DNA of 64,000 bases from Octopus sinensis (taxonomy: Eukaryota): the NCBI RefSeq assembly GCF_006345805.1, contig NC_042999.1, positions 45,074,001 to 45,138,000 of the forward strand, written 5' to 3'. Under the pieces are notes generated by a model, which did no database searches, was not told the origin of the DNA, and saw only the letters and a program-made list of their open reading frames with translations. How positions within the stretch are numbered: the first letter of the stretch is position 1; each line of letters starts with the position of its first letter. Below are positions 51,556 to 64,000 of the stretch, piece after piece. The position numbers and the translations under genes were made by a program.

Positions 51556-52352
51556 ACTAGCAGTATTACCCGGCTCGTGTGCTCATGCGTTCTATGCATG
51601 CGCGAATTAAGCTAAACTTGGATGAAGTTCAATCAAAATTCAATTATTTTGGTTTTAAAATCAAGCATTTAATGCCCTCTATTTTTGTGCTTATGTGTTC
51701 TATTTCCTCAATAGGAAGTACATAGAAGCATTTCATAAATTTTTGTTGATCAAATAATTACATTGTTGAATTATTCTTTTAGATCAGTATTTCTCAATGG
51801 GGATTTCAGGGGAGAGTTTCAGGGAGTCGCTGGTGATGTATTGTGATGATCAAAAATCCAGCCTGCTAAAATTTGGTCAAAGTGATTCAAACTGCAGACT
51901 CAACACAAAATGGTCACATTTAATTCAAAGTGTTAAAAATGTTATGAAAACAATTGGTATGTGTTCACAAAGTCCAAACAATTAATACGAAAAAACCCTC
52001 CAGGCTACATCCCGAAAATTCATTTCCTCGCTGAATTTCTACAATGTTTACGGCGATTCGTTTTTATATCTTGATTTTTTATTTTTCATGCAATTTACGC
52101 ATGCTTGCACGTGTGGTGAACACAGTTCACGTCAAACAGCTGACTGAGTAAAGTTCACTATTCAATGCATGGGATAAGGCCTAAACAAACACGTTATCGA
52201 TTTTTGCACTTGCGAGATGAATTTTGGAACAGAAATAGCGCAGTTCAATTTTCATTCGCCTAAACTTTAAGTGACCCATTTTTGGTGGTTCTACGATTTG
52301 TTGGCTAGGAGGAGATGTGCCGGGAAGTTAAACACACAGACACACAAGTTGA

Positions 52353-52360
<8 letters not shown>
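51556..52360 (+). mobile_element. Helitron-like non-autonomous element
   Basis: Starts actagcagtattacccggctcg and ends cacacaagttgagttttata, between TA runs. The end signatures recall non-autonomous Helitron/HINE families (recall only). Confidence 0.45.
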
Positions 52361-52383
<23 letters not shown>

Positions 52384-53103
52384 GATCTGCCAATACTTTA
52401 AAGATTGAACTATCCAACACAAACACTCTTTTGATGACTGAAATGGAAAAGCTGTCATATCTTTAGCTGCACATGAAAATCTTCAACCATTCTATTTAGC
52501 ATATCTTCGAAAATCCTTATGTGCCAGCATGTTTGAAACACAGTATCTTATGAAATTGCATTTTTGAAACCAAGAATTTTTACGTGAAGATTTTGAACTC
52601 ATATTTTTTTTGCTGATATTGGGCATATATAACTCTGAAATATTATAAACCCATTCATTTCACTAATAGGTAATCCACCTCCTACATAGAACTAAATCCT
52701 ATTTACTTTGTATTTATTTTGTCATGTAAAAAGATTGGATTAATTCTTATTCATATTCTATGTTCTTCGTGTTTTTTTATTTTTACATAAATCACGTGTT
52801 TATTTGTATTTGAATACCTTTTATACACTGTTAGACACACACACACACACACACACATACACACACACACACACACATACACACACACACACTCACACAC
52901 ATGCGCACACTCTCACACACACACAAATATACATATATCTTATATAACTATCATGATCGCTTTTTCTATGCTAGCATATATCAGATAAAACTAATTGAGT
53001 CATGTTATCTATGGTTGGGTGCCTTTCCTGTTGCCTGTCTTAACTTGTTTTCAAGAATCCTTATATACAATACACATTCACACACTTCACATATAAATGT
53101 GTA

Positions 53104-53140
<37 letters not shown>

Positions 53141-53443
53141 GATTTATAAAATTAAATTTAGGGTAAAAATTGATATTTATCAATTAGAACCAGTGGTCTA
53201 GCATATTAAAGAAAGAATCCGAAGATTAAAATATTATTATATACCAATTAAGGACTGTACACGAAAAGTGGACAGTCAACATGCTAAATATAGACGTCAA
53301 ATCGCCATTCTCCACAAAAAGTTTATGTTCTCAGATCAAACAGTTTGATCTGAGAACAAACTTTTTCTGGAGAATGGCGATTTGACGTCTATATCTAGCA
53401 TGTTGACTGTTCACTTTTCGTGTGCAGTCCTTAATTGGTATAT
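53141..53443. mobile_element. Penelope-terminus-type hairpin plus tail
   Basis: 53240-53341 pairs with 53343-53443, with a 1-nt loop. The left arm extends ~100 nt, and its tail resembles 890-945. (TA)n on both sides. Confidence 0.75.
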
Positions 53444-53462
53444 ATATATATATATGTATATA

Positions 53463-54590
53463 TACCATGTTGATTCAAAAATCTTTTGTGCTTCAAGCTC
53501 TAATAATTGTACAAACAATTTACATACCAAAAGTGGTTATTCATCAAAATATATCCAATCATATTCTATTGTCTGTTGCCATTTTTGTACCAGAAACTTA
53601 ATTCCACATTTATACCTTTCGGTTGGTTTTGGGCCAAAAAACTCCCTGCTCTTGTTTTCAGCCTCATACACATTGTCAAACTTCCATCTGTACTGGAAAT
53701 GAACCATTTCTTGGAAAAGGGGGTAATCTGTTGATGCAAAGTCTTGACTGTAGACAGGGTGATGTAGCACTTTGGGTCCCTCAAGTTCAAGTTTGCACTT
53801 GGTCACATTGGCAGTGTGTGCTGGGACATTGTCATGCTGTGGGAGTGTGCATCTTTGATTGACCAATGCTTGGCAGTGAGCTTTTTAAGCATCGTACACT
53901 TACTGCAGCTGTTGAGCATAAAGGTTAGCACTCACAAAAAGACCACCTGAAAAAAAAAATCAAAGTGCAACACTTCCTTGAAATTTTAAAAGATGCACAA
54001 CATGACTTCTGTTCAAACTGCCCTTGTTTGACAAAAGGCTATGAACTCTGGTTAGAATAAATCCACTGATTTCTGTTATTAGGATTTACAAATATAGATC
54101 CTTTTATCATCCCCAGTTACAATTCACTGCAAAAAATGTGTATCTTGAGGGTTTGTTATCAGCTGTTTGCAAATGTTCACGTGTCAGTGAGACTGATGCT
54201 TGGTCAGCTCATGAGGAACTTCTCAACTGCATCTGTTCATAAGCTTAGCTATGACTAACGGTGCTTTATGAAGGACTAAGTTATGCTGACAATATTATGA
54301 GTGCTTGTACTTGGCTGTTGTTCAATCACGTCAAGCAAAGCTTCATCTTCCACAACAGAAGCTTTCCCTGAACTTGACTTGTCTTTGAGGCTGTTGTCAC
54401 CTTCCTTGAAATGTTTGAACCACGTATTCGGTGCCAGTTCCTGGGTATTCAACATCATCAATTTTTTTTGGTCAGTGCCTATGTTCTCAATCATATTTTT
54501 CCAAGATAGTAATAAAATGGCTCTAATCGTAATTTTTTCCCCACTCATTATGAAAGCTCTAAAATAAAGAATAAACAATGTTTATTTTTC
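53463..54590 (-). pseudogene. Decayed mariner (DD34D) transposon
   Basis: WFKHFKEGDNSLKDK, VPHELT, IVTGDD, QHDNVPAH, HPVYSQDFASTDYPLF. TIR-like taccatgttgattcaaaaatc at 53463. Confidence 0.85.
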
Positions 54591-54595
54591 GTTTT

Positions 54596-55125
54596 TGGAT
54601 TTGGTTGGCAAGATTCTATATGCGAGTTCGTGTGTTGAAGCATATTCTGTTGTGTCTGGGGCGAGTCATTTTCTTTTTGTGCCTTATAATTTAACACACT
54701 CACCGGTAAAATTTCCACTTATTTCTTATTTTTATTTTCCTAAAATTTTCGTTGTGTCTTGCAACCTTTTCAATAGTCTTGGATGAGTTAGGTTGCGGGT
54801 TGGGTCGAAGGTCAAGGAAATGTTGGAGTGCACGCAACCCCTCGTGGTGAGGTTCACCGTGTAAAGGCTCTGGACGTCGAGAGTGAAGAGAAGTTTAGAA
54901 GAGCCAAGAGGGAAGGAGAAAGAGTTGAACAAACGAAGTGCATGGTTGGTGTCATGGATGTGAGAGGGGAGGGAAGCCATTAGGGGAGAAAGGATACTCA
55001 GTGTAAATAATGGACAGAGTCAGGACTATTGAAAATTTTAGGAAAATAAGTGGAAATTTTACCGGTGAGTGTGTTAAATTATAAGGTACAAAAAGAAAAT
55101 TACTCTCCCCAGGCACAACAGAATT
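54596..55125 (-). mobile_element. Penelope RT fragment enclosed by inverted terminal segments
   Basis: ~54646-54750 pairs with ~55027-55125. The interior minus strand reads LPSHIHDTNHAL...LFTLDVQSLYTV and, after a frameshift, PHHEGLRALQHFLD. Confidence 0.8.
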
Positions 55126-55267
55126 AATGTTTATTTGTTATATACGAAAATAAAGAAGAAACAATTTAGTAATGATTGTACAGCAAGTAGTATCATATTA
55201 ATGATTTACAATAGAGATACAAGTTGCAAAAAAATCGTCAGTGAAAACCTGAATAAGCTGAATAAAT

Positions 55268-56048
55268 CTGTCTTCGTCTTTTTTTGTGAATTCTCCCCTT
55301 ATATTACGCGCTCATGTGGTCGCACTAGCTGATCCTGTCTCCTCTAATCACCCAACGATCTTTTACGGATTCTCTACCTGGACTTTCTACTACACTTCAG
55401 ATACACTTCTCCTGCCCACGGTTTACACAAGACTCCTTTGTTGATGAAAAATCGCTCCAATACACCACGACGTTCGAAGCTTTTGGATCTTTTGAACTTT
55501 TCGCAACTTTTTTTTATACTTTCTGCTTTTTCCTATTGCCATTTCTTCCTATTCTGTTTTTCTCTAATCCGCATCTGTTACCTTGCTTCTCTCTCTCCCT
55601 CCCTTTCTTTTCCCCTTTCATCTTCTCTTCTGCACTTCTTCCCCCTTTTCTCTCTGTTTCTTCCATCTTCGTCTTTTCTTTCCCTGTTTTTATTTTTTTC
55701 TCCCACCTCTCATATATATTTTTTTCTCTTCACGCCTTTTGCTTTCTTTTTTCCTCACACCTTTTGAATTTTTCCTCCCCACGTCTTTATTTACCTTCTC
55801 TCTCCCCCTTTCCCCCTTTTTTTCTTCTTTCTTTCTCTTCTCTTTTCGTTTTACAATCATGCCCGATTACAAACCTTTCCTCCTCCACCTACACATTCTT
55901 TATTTTCTCTCCTTGTTTCTTTCTGTGGAAGAGCGTAGGCTCAAAACGTTAAAGACTTTTTCACTTCACGAAGGTTAAACTACTACAACTGTTTGTCATC
56001 TATACCACCTGTCTTCGTCTTTTTTTTTTTTTGTGAATTCTCCCTATA
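55268..56048 (+). mobile_element. Penelope-terminus remnant, partial direct repeat, inactive hammerhead at 55918-55955
   Basis: ctgtcttcgtcttttt..gtgaattctccc occurs at 55268 and ~56009. Motif: CTGTGGA a gagc gtag gctc AAAA cgtt aaaga. Confidence 0.6.
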
Positions 56049-56209
56049 TATATGCATATATATACATATTATATATATATACTTATAATTTTCTTTTCAC
56101 AAACATAGTGTAGAAGTGCTCGAGTCAAACCTGAGGTGCTAGACAAGTATAATAGATACAACAGAAAAGCTTCAAGTCATGCAGACTACGATTAACACAT
56201 ACATATGTG

Positions 56210-56700
56210 GCTTTATTTAAGATAAAATAAGAATTGTCCAATCTGAAACATATATTGATATATTAGAAATATAGAAATATAAAAATATATGAATACTAAA
56301 AATATACATGGACTTACAGATATATAGATATGTAAAGCTAATAATAAGAGAATATAGATAAAAACAATGAAATGTAGAAAAAAAAACGTTTTTAAAAATT
56401 CAAAATATAATGTAGAGAAAGTAATAGACATTAAAAAGAGTTTTGGGTAACATGTCAAAGGAAAATAATGTGTTCCAACGATCGTTTCATGTGTACATTC
56501 ATGCAGATTGTATATGAATTTTAAGATTCATTTACCAAGAATGCTCCCGTCATCAGGGGAAAATAGTGTTTACACTAGAAATGGATTTAATCCCTTACCA
56601 GGTTTAAGATAATTTGATGCTTTATAGAAGAGTGGATAAAGCTATGTAAATTATGAAAGTTTTTATGAGGGCTGATGGGAGAAAATTTAGATTGTTCACT
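56210..56700 (-). mobile_element. Penelope 3' end remnant with hammerhead-like motif (56473-56562)
   Basis: The minus strand ends a possible ORF (LKPGKGLN). It then reads ttccc CTGATGA (~60 nt) GAAA cgatcgT T ggaa, with palindromic ACGATCGT. Confidence 0.5.
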
Positions 56701-58999
56701 GACCTTTTTAAAATTTATATTTGTATTGGCGATATATTGTTGTACAACAGAGAATATTACTAAGTGGGTTCTAATTTGAACCGTCTCATGAAGGTTGAAT
56801 AGTATCTATGGTTGCAGAAATGAATAGGGTCAGAAAACTTATTTAAAACAGTGGAATTAAACATGCAAAGGATAATATATGATTCTAACCTAACCCTAAC
56901 CCCAACCCTAATCGACATCTGCCTCATTGTATGGTGGGGCCACATCCATGATTGACCAAGACAATGTATAATTAATGTTTTGTGATTTTAAGTTGTGTAT
57001 GCATTATTTTCATTTTTGTGTTATTTTCATTTTTCATTGTCATTTTTCATTGTTATTTTCATTTTTGTGTAATTTAGACGACAATTCATTCCTTGCATCC
57101 TGTACACACACACACACACACACATACACAAACAAACACACACACACACACAAATATACATATGTGTACACACATACCATACAGGGATAATATATATGTG
57201 TATTTTTCTGTACTTATAGGTTTACATTTCTAAAAAATTGATTACCCTGGTTCTGATAGTAAATAAAAATCCTGTGTTGGAACATTTTATCAATTTCCAA
57301 GTATATGTACTCATTTAGTTACAATATAAATGGAATTGTATCTATTACTGTTGTAAGTGTTCATGCATCCATAGCTTACTGAATCACATGCCAAAATTTC
57401 TAATGAAAATAACTGAGCTGAACAATTTCATTATTCAGTTTAAATATAAGTGTCATTCTATTTAATAATATCTAATGAAACAGGTATACTAACATAATAG
57501 TGCTATAATTACATAGCTGTTTATTTATAAGTGTATCATTTTTTATTTAAAATTATATAGTTATATATATTTTTTCAAGTACAAATATTTTTCAATACGA
57601 AAATTTCTGTACAAATACATTATATGTACAGTGTATGAAGCATATAAAGAGATAACTTTATGTCGGTTTTATCCCTATAATCTATTAAACATATGACTCT
57701 ATTATCTGCTATAAGAGCTATAAAATATTGTATTTAACTTAAAGCATAATTTAATTCTTATATATATATTTTATATGGATGCCTGAATGTGTGTGTGTGT
57801 GTGTGTACATACATACATACATATATATGTGCATTTGTGCTATATATGTATTTTAGAAAAAGAGTTATGTGTGTATTTATAAGTGTGTGAATCTATCTAT
57901 CTATCTATCTGTCTGTCTGTCTGTCTGTCTGTCTGATTGTCTGTCTGTCTATCTATCTATCTATCTATCTGTCTGTCTGTGTGTGTGTTTGTATATGTAT
58001 GTATATATGCATATACACATATTCATACATATACATACATATATTCACCACACACGCACACACACTCACACACACACTCACACACACATACACATACACA
58101 CACAGGTGCACATGCATGCTACACATATATTTTACATGAATATTTATGTGAAAATTTATGTAAGGGTCTTTATATATATTCATGTATAAATACATACATG
58201 CATACATACATACATACATACATACATACATGTGCATTAATGGAGACATATATATATATATATATATATAAGCTTATATATATATATATATAAACAATGA
58301 TGATATAACGTATGTATGGATGTATGTATGTATGTGTGTGTACATATATATATATATATGCAGTTATGTATTTCATCTATCTAGGTAATTTAGTATGTAG
58401 AATTATATGTATCTTTATTCTTGTTTTATTCTTTTTCAAGCTTGTTGGGAGATTCTATTTGGGAATTATAATCTTAAGGTCTTAATTTTTCTTTTATTCT
58501 GTTCTGTTTTGTTCATTTCATACATTCCCACAACTTAGCAATAAAAATCTGAAAGCTTTTTCAGATTTCTATTGCTCATGCATACATAGTCAATTCATGA
58601 AATTATAAATTCTATGGAACCTTTCTCAGTGACATTTATACGCCTTTTTCTAAGTATTAACTGACACACACAATCAAGCGACCCCTTACACATATACCAT
58701 CTCATCACAAACCGCCCTACACAGATATCTATTTCCCTTTTCTAGTTTCATTGACCATTAAAGTTTCTACTGAAAATTATATTTATGTTTCAAATATGAG
58801 TATAGATCACATACCAAAATTCTTATACAATCCTAATTTACATATAATATGTTATATTAACTACTATTTATAGAAGATGCATGTACCTATGCTTTAAGGC
58901 TGGTTTTGTTGTTTGTGTCAATAAAAACTAATTCTTGCATGAATTTTCCCTCTTCCTTTAGTTTTGAAACATCAAGCCTTTTTAAACAATGAAATGGAA

Positions 59000-59220
59000 A
59001 TTCTGCTTTCTAATTTTAAACCATCTCTTTGAACTTTGGTTTAGTTCGCTTAAGATTATGATCTATGTCGAAAGCTGCACCTCTTAAAACATAGACATCT
59101 TTCACATTATTCAAATCTTTCTTTCTTGCTAGAACATAATCAATCATTTGCCAATTTCTTGAAACCTGGATGCATCCAGATTCCTTTGTGAATCTCTTCA
59201 CATTCAAAGAACATGTTACA
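59000..59220 (-). pseudogene. LINE (RTE-like) APE endonuclease fragment
   Basis: WQMIDYVLARKKDLNNVKDVYVLRGAAFDIDH. Confidence 0.7.
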
Positions 59221-59465
59221 AACAGTGAAATACAGTTCTATGAATATTTGTAGTAAAAGGAAACCCATCATGATATTCTAAACAGTTCTATTTTTCAAAA
59301 CATTTATCTGCTCCAGTTTTGAAGTCCCATAAGAATTATTATTACCTTAATCTCTAACCAGAATTTCCTTCATCAGATTCATAATGTAGTTGGTTTACAC
59401 ACATACACACACACACTTTTATATGCATATGTGAATATAAATACACACATACTTGAATATACATA

Positions 59466-59505
<40 letters not shown>

Positions 59506-59979
59506 CATACATACATACATACACATATATATATAAATTATCACTACCACATGTCTAACATACATATGTTGTTTAAATGTCAGAATGCCAGAAGCTGGGG
59601 TTAAAGACATATAGTGTGTTAAAAACATGATATACTTCAGAGTTTGATGAAGCAAAATTGTCCCAGAAGTGGTCACGAGAGTGACAGATACCGTATTTCA
59701 CTGTAGTTGCAGGTTATCAATGTCATATACTTGTGTCACTTCCAAAACAAATCAAAATAATTATTCTGAAGTATATACAGACAATGTATAAACTATATGC
59801 TGATTTTCAATGGCGATCTGTAAGCAGAATAAATTTGACTTATGCAAAGAAGCAGTTCAATAATGAAAATATTATCAATCCCCCATATTTGTTTAAACAT
59901 GAAAAGATGTGATTTTATGTCTGGGAAAAATCCTTTTAAAGATGTATAGTAATAATATAACAATATACTTTATCACCTG

Positions 59980-60405
59980 GATCACCTAGATCAGCCAGGC
60001 TGTCTGGTGCCAAGTTGGCTCCAATAGCCACAGCATTTGTTCCATTCCCCTCATGCTTTTGCTGTTCTCCTCCATGTTGTTCCAAACATCTTTCTTAAAT
60101 CGTCTTCCCACCCGATTGGAAGTCTTCCGAGTGGTCCCTTCCATTCATGTGGGTACGGGTACCACTCAACAACTGCATGGGTCCACCGATTGTCTGTGAA
60201 CCTTGTGACATGACCAGTCCATCATAGCTTTCTGTGGTGGTGTTCTGTGACGATGTCTTTCACTCCAGTTCTATTCCTGATCTCCTCTTTCTGTATGTAA
60301 TCTTTTAGTAAGACTCCCAACATCAATCTTTCCATGGCTCTTTGCACTGTAAGCAGATGTTGTTCTTCTATCTTCATCAAGTCCCAAGTCTCACATAGCT
60401 AGGCA
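59980..60405 (-). pseudogene. RTE-clade LINE ORF C-terminus and 3' end
   Basis: CETWDL...TVQRAMERLMLGV...IRNRTGVKDI...W.GHVTRFTDNRWT..VVEWYP...GR....WEDDL, ending in ggtgatccaggtgat. Confidence 0.85.
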
Positions 60406-60771
60406 AAATGGAATCACCACAGAAGTGATCATGAGAGCAACAGATACTGTATTTTGCTGTAGTTTTGGTTCATCAATGTCACACACACGTATCACTCTTG
60501 AAACATGTCACATATGCATATCACATAATTTATTTAAGGCTGGATACCTTTCCTGTTGTCAATCTTCATTTGCTTCAAAGCATAAAGGATAAAGGATAGA
60601 GACCCCCTTCAGTCATGAATGACCATGGGATTGCACCTGGAAAGTTCCCCAACAAGGTAAAAGTTTTATTTTTAGAGTATACATACATATATATATATAT
60701 ATTTTTAGAGTATACATACATATATATATATATATATTTTTAGAGTATACATACATATATATATATATATA

Positions 60772-60985
60772 AAGTTAATCCAAACAAGAAAACACAGAAA
60801 AAAACACAGCAACGCGAGGACGTGGAACAATTAAAGTATTATTTGACGCTCAGGAAAGAAGGGAAGGAGGGTTTAACGTTTCGAGCGGAGCTCTTCGTCG
60901 GAAACAAGGAGAAGGAAAGATCCCAAGAAGGGAAAACAGAGGAAAAAAATATTTTTGCTGGTGGTGCTCAAGAGATCACATATAT
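60772..60985 (-). mobile_element. Penelope-terminus remnant with mutated minimal hammerhead (60871-60905)
   Basis: Minus strand: gttt CCGACGA a gagc tcc gctc GAAA cgT T aaac. Confidence 0.7.
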
Positions 60986-61228
60986 ATATACATACACATG
61001 CGTAAATGTATAAATGCTTATGCACACTCACATGTAAACACAACAAATTTATTTTAGTTTCTCTCTACCAAATCCATTCACAAGGCCTTCTCCAGCCTGG
61101 GGATTCTCATAGAAAACACTTTCCCAAGTTATTGCATTCTAGGCTGAATTTGAAAGCATGTGGCTGGAAAGTGAACTTCTTCTTGATATAGCCAGGTTAA
61201 GCCTGCTCTAATAACTACTAATGGTGAT

Positions 61229-61345
61229 GTTTACAGCACAGCACTATGGTTCCCAAGTAGTCTCCTATATACTAACTACGTTTGACACTGCTTAACTTAG
61301 TGATTGGACGAGGGCTGGTGTTTTCAAAAGGATATGGCTACAAGC
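61229..61345 (-). pseudogene. Degenerate 5S rRNA-derived sequence (pseudogene or SINE3 head)
   Basis: The minus strand aligns by eye along eukaryotic 5S rRNA: gccata, tgaa, ctcgtc, aagttaagcag, gttagta, ggagac, tgggaa, gtgctgta. Confidence 0.75.
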
Positions 61346-62183
61346 CATAAGTAATCTATGTAGGATAAATTTAGTAAAGATAAATATCTGATGAAAAATG
61401 AATCTCAACAAATAATGGAAACAAGAATAAATGATGAATGATTATTGTGAACCTTCTTAACCCACTGATGATAATGAGTATTAAATAAAAATAACATATC
61501 GATAATAGCTTCATATTTTCTTCCTTCTGATATTAAGAAAAATTACTCTATTTGCTCCAGTCTGACAGCTTAGAAAAAAAAAAAGAACTATACATTAATG
61601 AAAACAGAGAAACTATAAAACTATCGTTAATCATGGATTTTACAAATTTTTTTCGTCACTAACTCTGTCGTTCTTAATGATGGTGATAGTCAGAAAAAAA
61701 CTAAAAATTGGAATTTTCCACAATTAGATAGTAAATACTGTTGTTAAAACAGAATTTCTTTTCTAACTGACATTAATAAGTCTACTGTGAAATAAAAGTG
61801 CTGAACAATAGATGGTGTGTAGCGTGTCTTGCTTACAAAACACAATGAGTTGCTAATGATGAGATACAAACACAGGACTTACTGGATCAGTCAATCATGC
61901 CTCAGTTATTTAGACTCTGCTTACACCTCACATACACATATACATACACATTTCAGAAGTAATTATCTGTTATAATTACTGCCATTGCTTAATTAGTATG
62001 CTGGGATTTATTTTGATAACTGCAAATAGGAAAAGAAATAAAGCAAAAGGTTTACACTTTTCTTCGTTCGATTATAAATCTTGATATAATAAGATTGTAA
62101 TTTACAAATACCATGAACTGCCACCAGCCCCACTGCCAATATCATATTCATCTCTACATGACCTCATCACCTGCTATCACCCC

Positions 62184-62222
<39 letters not shown>

Positions 62223-62223
<1 letters not shown>

Positions 62224-62513
62224 TTCATTGTAATACTCATCATCAGAATCACCTCCACCACTCTCCATTGCTCTTACCTCTGCATGTCCATTTTCAGGGT
62301 TATGAAGATGACCACTGCCACCGATGCCACCACTGCCGCCGCCGCCACCACCACCACCACCACCACCACCACTACAACCATTATCATCATGATTGCAATC
62401 ATCATAATTTCTGCCATTCCTCATTGCCCCACCCCCTGCACCCCCATTGTTATGATCATCATTGTCATCATCATGATCATCCTCCTCTTTGCCATCATCA
62501 TCATCACCACCAC

Positions 62514-62571
<58 letters not shown>

Positions 62572-62910
62572 TTCATTGTAATACTCATCATCAGAATCAC
62601 CTCCACCACTCTCCATTGCTCTTACCTCTGCATGTCCATTTTCAGGGTTATGAAGATGACCACTGCCACCGATGCCACCACTGCCGCCGCCGCCACCACC
62701 ACCACCACCACCACCACCACCACTACAACCATTATCATCATGATCGCAATCATCATAATTTCTGCCATTCCTCATTGCCCCACCCCCTGCACCCCCATTG
62801 TTATGATCATCATTGTCATCATCATGATCATCCTCCTCTTTGCCATCATCATCATCACCACCACCATCATCATCATCATCATCATCATTCATCATCATCA
62901 TCATCATTAT
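62223..62910. repeat. Near-perfect 348-bp tandem duplication of a (CAT)/(CAC) microsatellite-rich unit
   Basis: cttcattgtaatactc starts at 62223 and 62571. The copies differ by only a few bases and triplet counts. Confidence 0.9.
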
Positions 62911-63474
62911 CACATCAACACAGGCTGTACCATTTAACAATGGACCGCCAACATTTCTACACTGAGGAAGGAATCTCTTGGTCCATTGAGAAAGCCTCAA
63001 TATTGTCCCTTAGCCTGTTAGAAGTAGCAACCAAATTTCCTTCAAACCACACTTCACTTTATTAGCAAAAATTAAAAAGGAAAAATATGTTGGATGATAT
63101 GTTCTTGTAACTCTAAATCAGAAGAATAATAAGATTGTGGCATCTAGGACACCTTTGATTACAGGTTTGCTTGATTGGGCTTGACCAGTGGCTATATAAT
63201 AACAAAAAACAAAAAAAAACAACCAGAACCAAAATATCAACAAAATCAACAATATCTATAATTTTCCACACACTGAAATTTGCAGAGATTCGTTAGAAAC
63301 ATAGCTTGATTGCTTCAATTTGCTTTAAACCTTTAGCATACAGATTACTCTGTCAATTGTAATATTTGTTTATTTATTCACATAGTTTTGAATTAATCAT
63401 GGAGTATCTCATAGCTTTGAGATTTCAATGATGTGATTGTTTGTTTTTAGAGTGACATTGCAGGAGAAAATGTG

Positions 63475-63593
63475 AGGTGTAGGAGTGGCTGTGTGGTAAG
63501 TAGCTTGCTTACCAACCACATGGTTCTGGGTTCAGTCCCACTGTGTGGCACTTTGGATTTAGTAGACGGAAACTGAAAGAAGCCCGTCGTATG

Positions 63594-63626
<33 letters not shown>

Positions 63627-63781
63627 GTTTGTGTGTGTCTGTGTTTGTCTCCCCAACATCGCTTGACAACCAATGGTGGTGTGTTTATGTCCCCGTAACT
63701 TAGCGGTTTGGCAAAAGAGACCGATTGAATAAGTACTAGGCTTCAAAAGAATAAGTCCTGGGGTCGATTTGCTCCACTAAA
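63475..63781 (+). mobile_element. SINE family A with internal deletion
   Basis: The head jumps from ggcactttgg to atttagtagacgg, about 55 nt shorter than other copies; microsatellite and body follow. Confidence 0.8.
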
Positions 63782-64000
63782 GAGTGTAAAGACCAGTTTA
63801 AACATAAAACAGGTAGAATGTTTGAACTGGATGTGGCCAGCTTAAGTACTAAAAGGTTGAACTACACAGCATATGAGCTACAAAAATTGCTTGAGCTAAG
63901 AAGAGCATACCGTCCTGTTGCCTCAGATCCACATGGATCCAGGAGCTCAGGACTAATCTATGCATGATGTGGCTTGCTGTCAATAAATAAATAATATTAT

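Noticed and set aside
56885-56912. Telomeric (TAACCC)n
   Set aside because: Only about three imperfect units, internal. Such motifs are common inside repeats.
59662-60505. Two diverged ~85-bp direct repeats (59662-59747, 60420-60505) as LTRs around the RTE fragment
   Set aside because: They are highly diverged and not at the fragment boundaries. More likely separate copies of another dispersed repeat.
62113-63065. Three overlapping 265-277-aa ORFs and a gag/gtaaga donor-like site
   Set aside because: They derive from duplicated (CAT)/(CAC) repeats, and no acceptor with a pyrimidine tract pairs with the donor.

Overview
An AT-rich, microsatellite-dense eukaryotic window with no recognisable host gene. 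The (TA)n/(CA)n/(CAT)n density and the SINE families point to a cephalopod, most likely Octopus; this is inferred, not searched. It is almost entirely mobile-element DNA. Main contents: (1) a ~6-kb fold-back made of two inverted copies of a Penelope-like retroelement (RT plus Cys-linker plus GIY-YIG, Neptune-type) at ~21960-27970; (2) at least a dozen short Penelope-terminus remnants arranged as hairpins or partial direct repeats, mostly inside (TA)n tracts, many carrying hammerhead-ribozyme motifs, one with a fully canonical core at 8101-8163 (- strand); (3) a Tx1/L1-like LINE with ORF1 and the ORF2 5' half, plus RTE and I-group LINE fragments; (4) several decayed Tc1/mariner transposons, a hAT-like transposase pseudogene and a Helitron-like non-autonomous element; (5) four SINE-like families, one expanded into modular tandem arrays; (6) a 5S rRNA-derived remnant. 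Nearly all long ORFs in the supplied track are microsatellite translations. Coordinates were read by eye: palindrome arms and ribozyme motifs are close to exact, while ends of degenerate elements may be off by tens of bases. Family names come from motif recall, not database searches.
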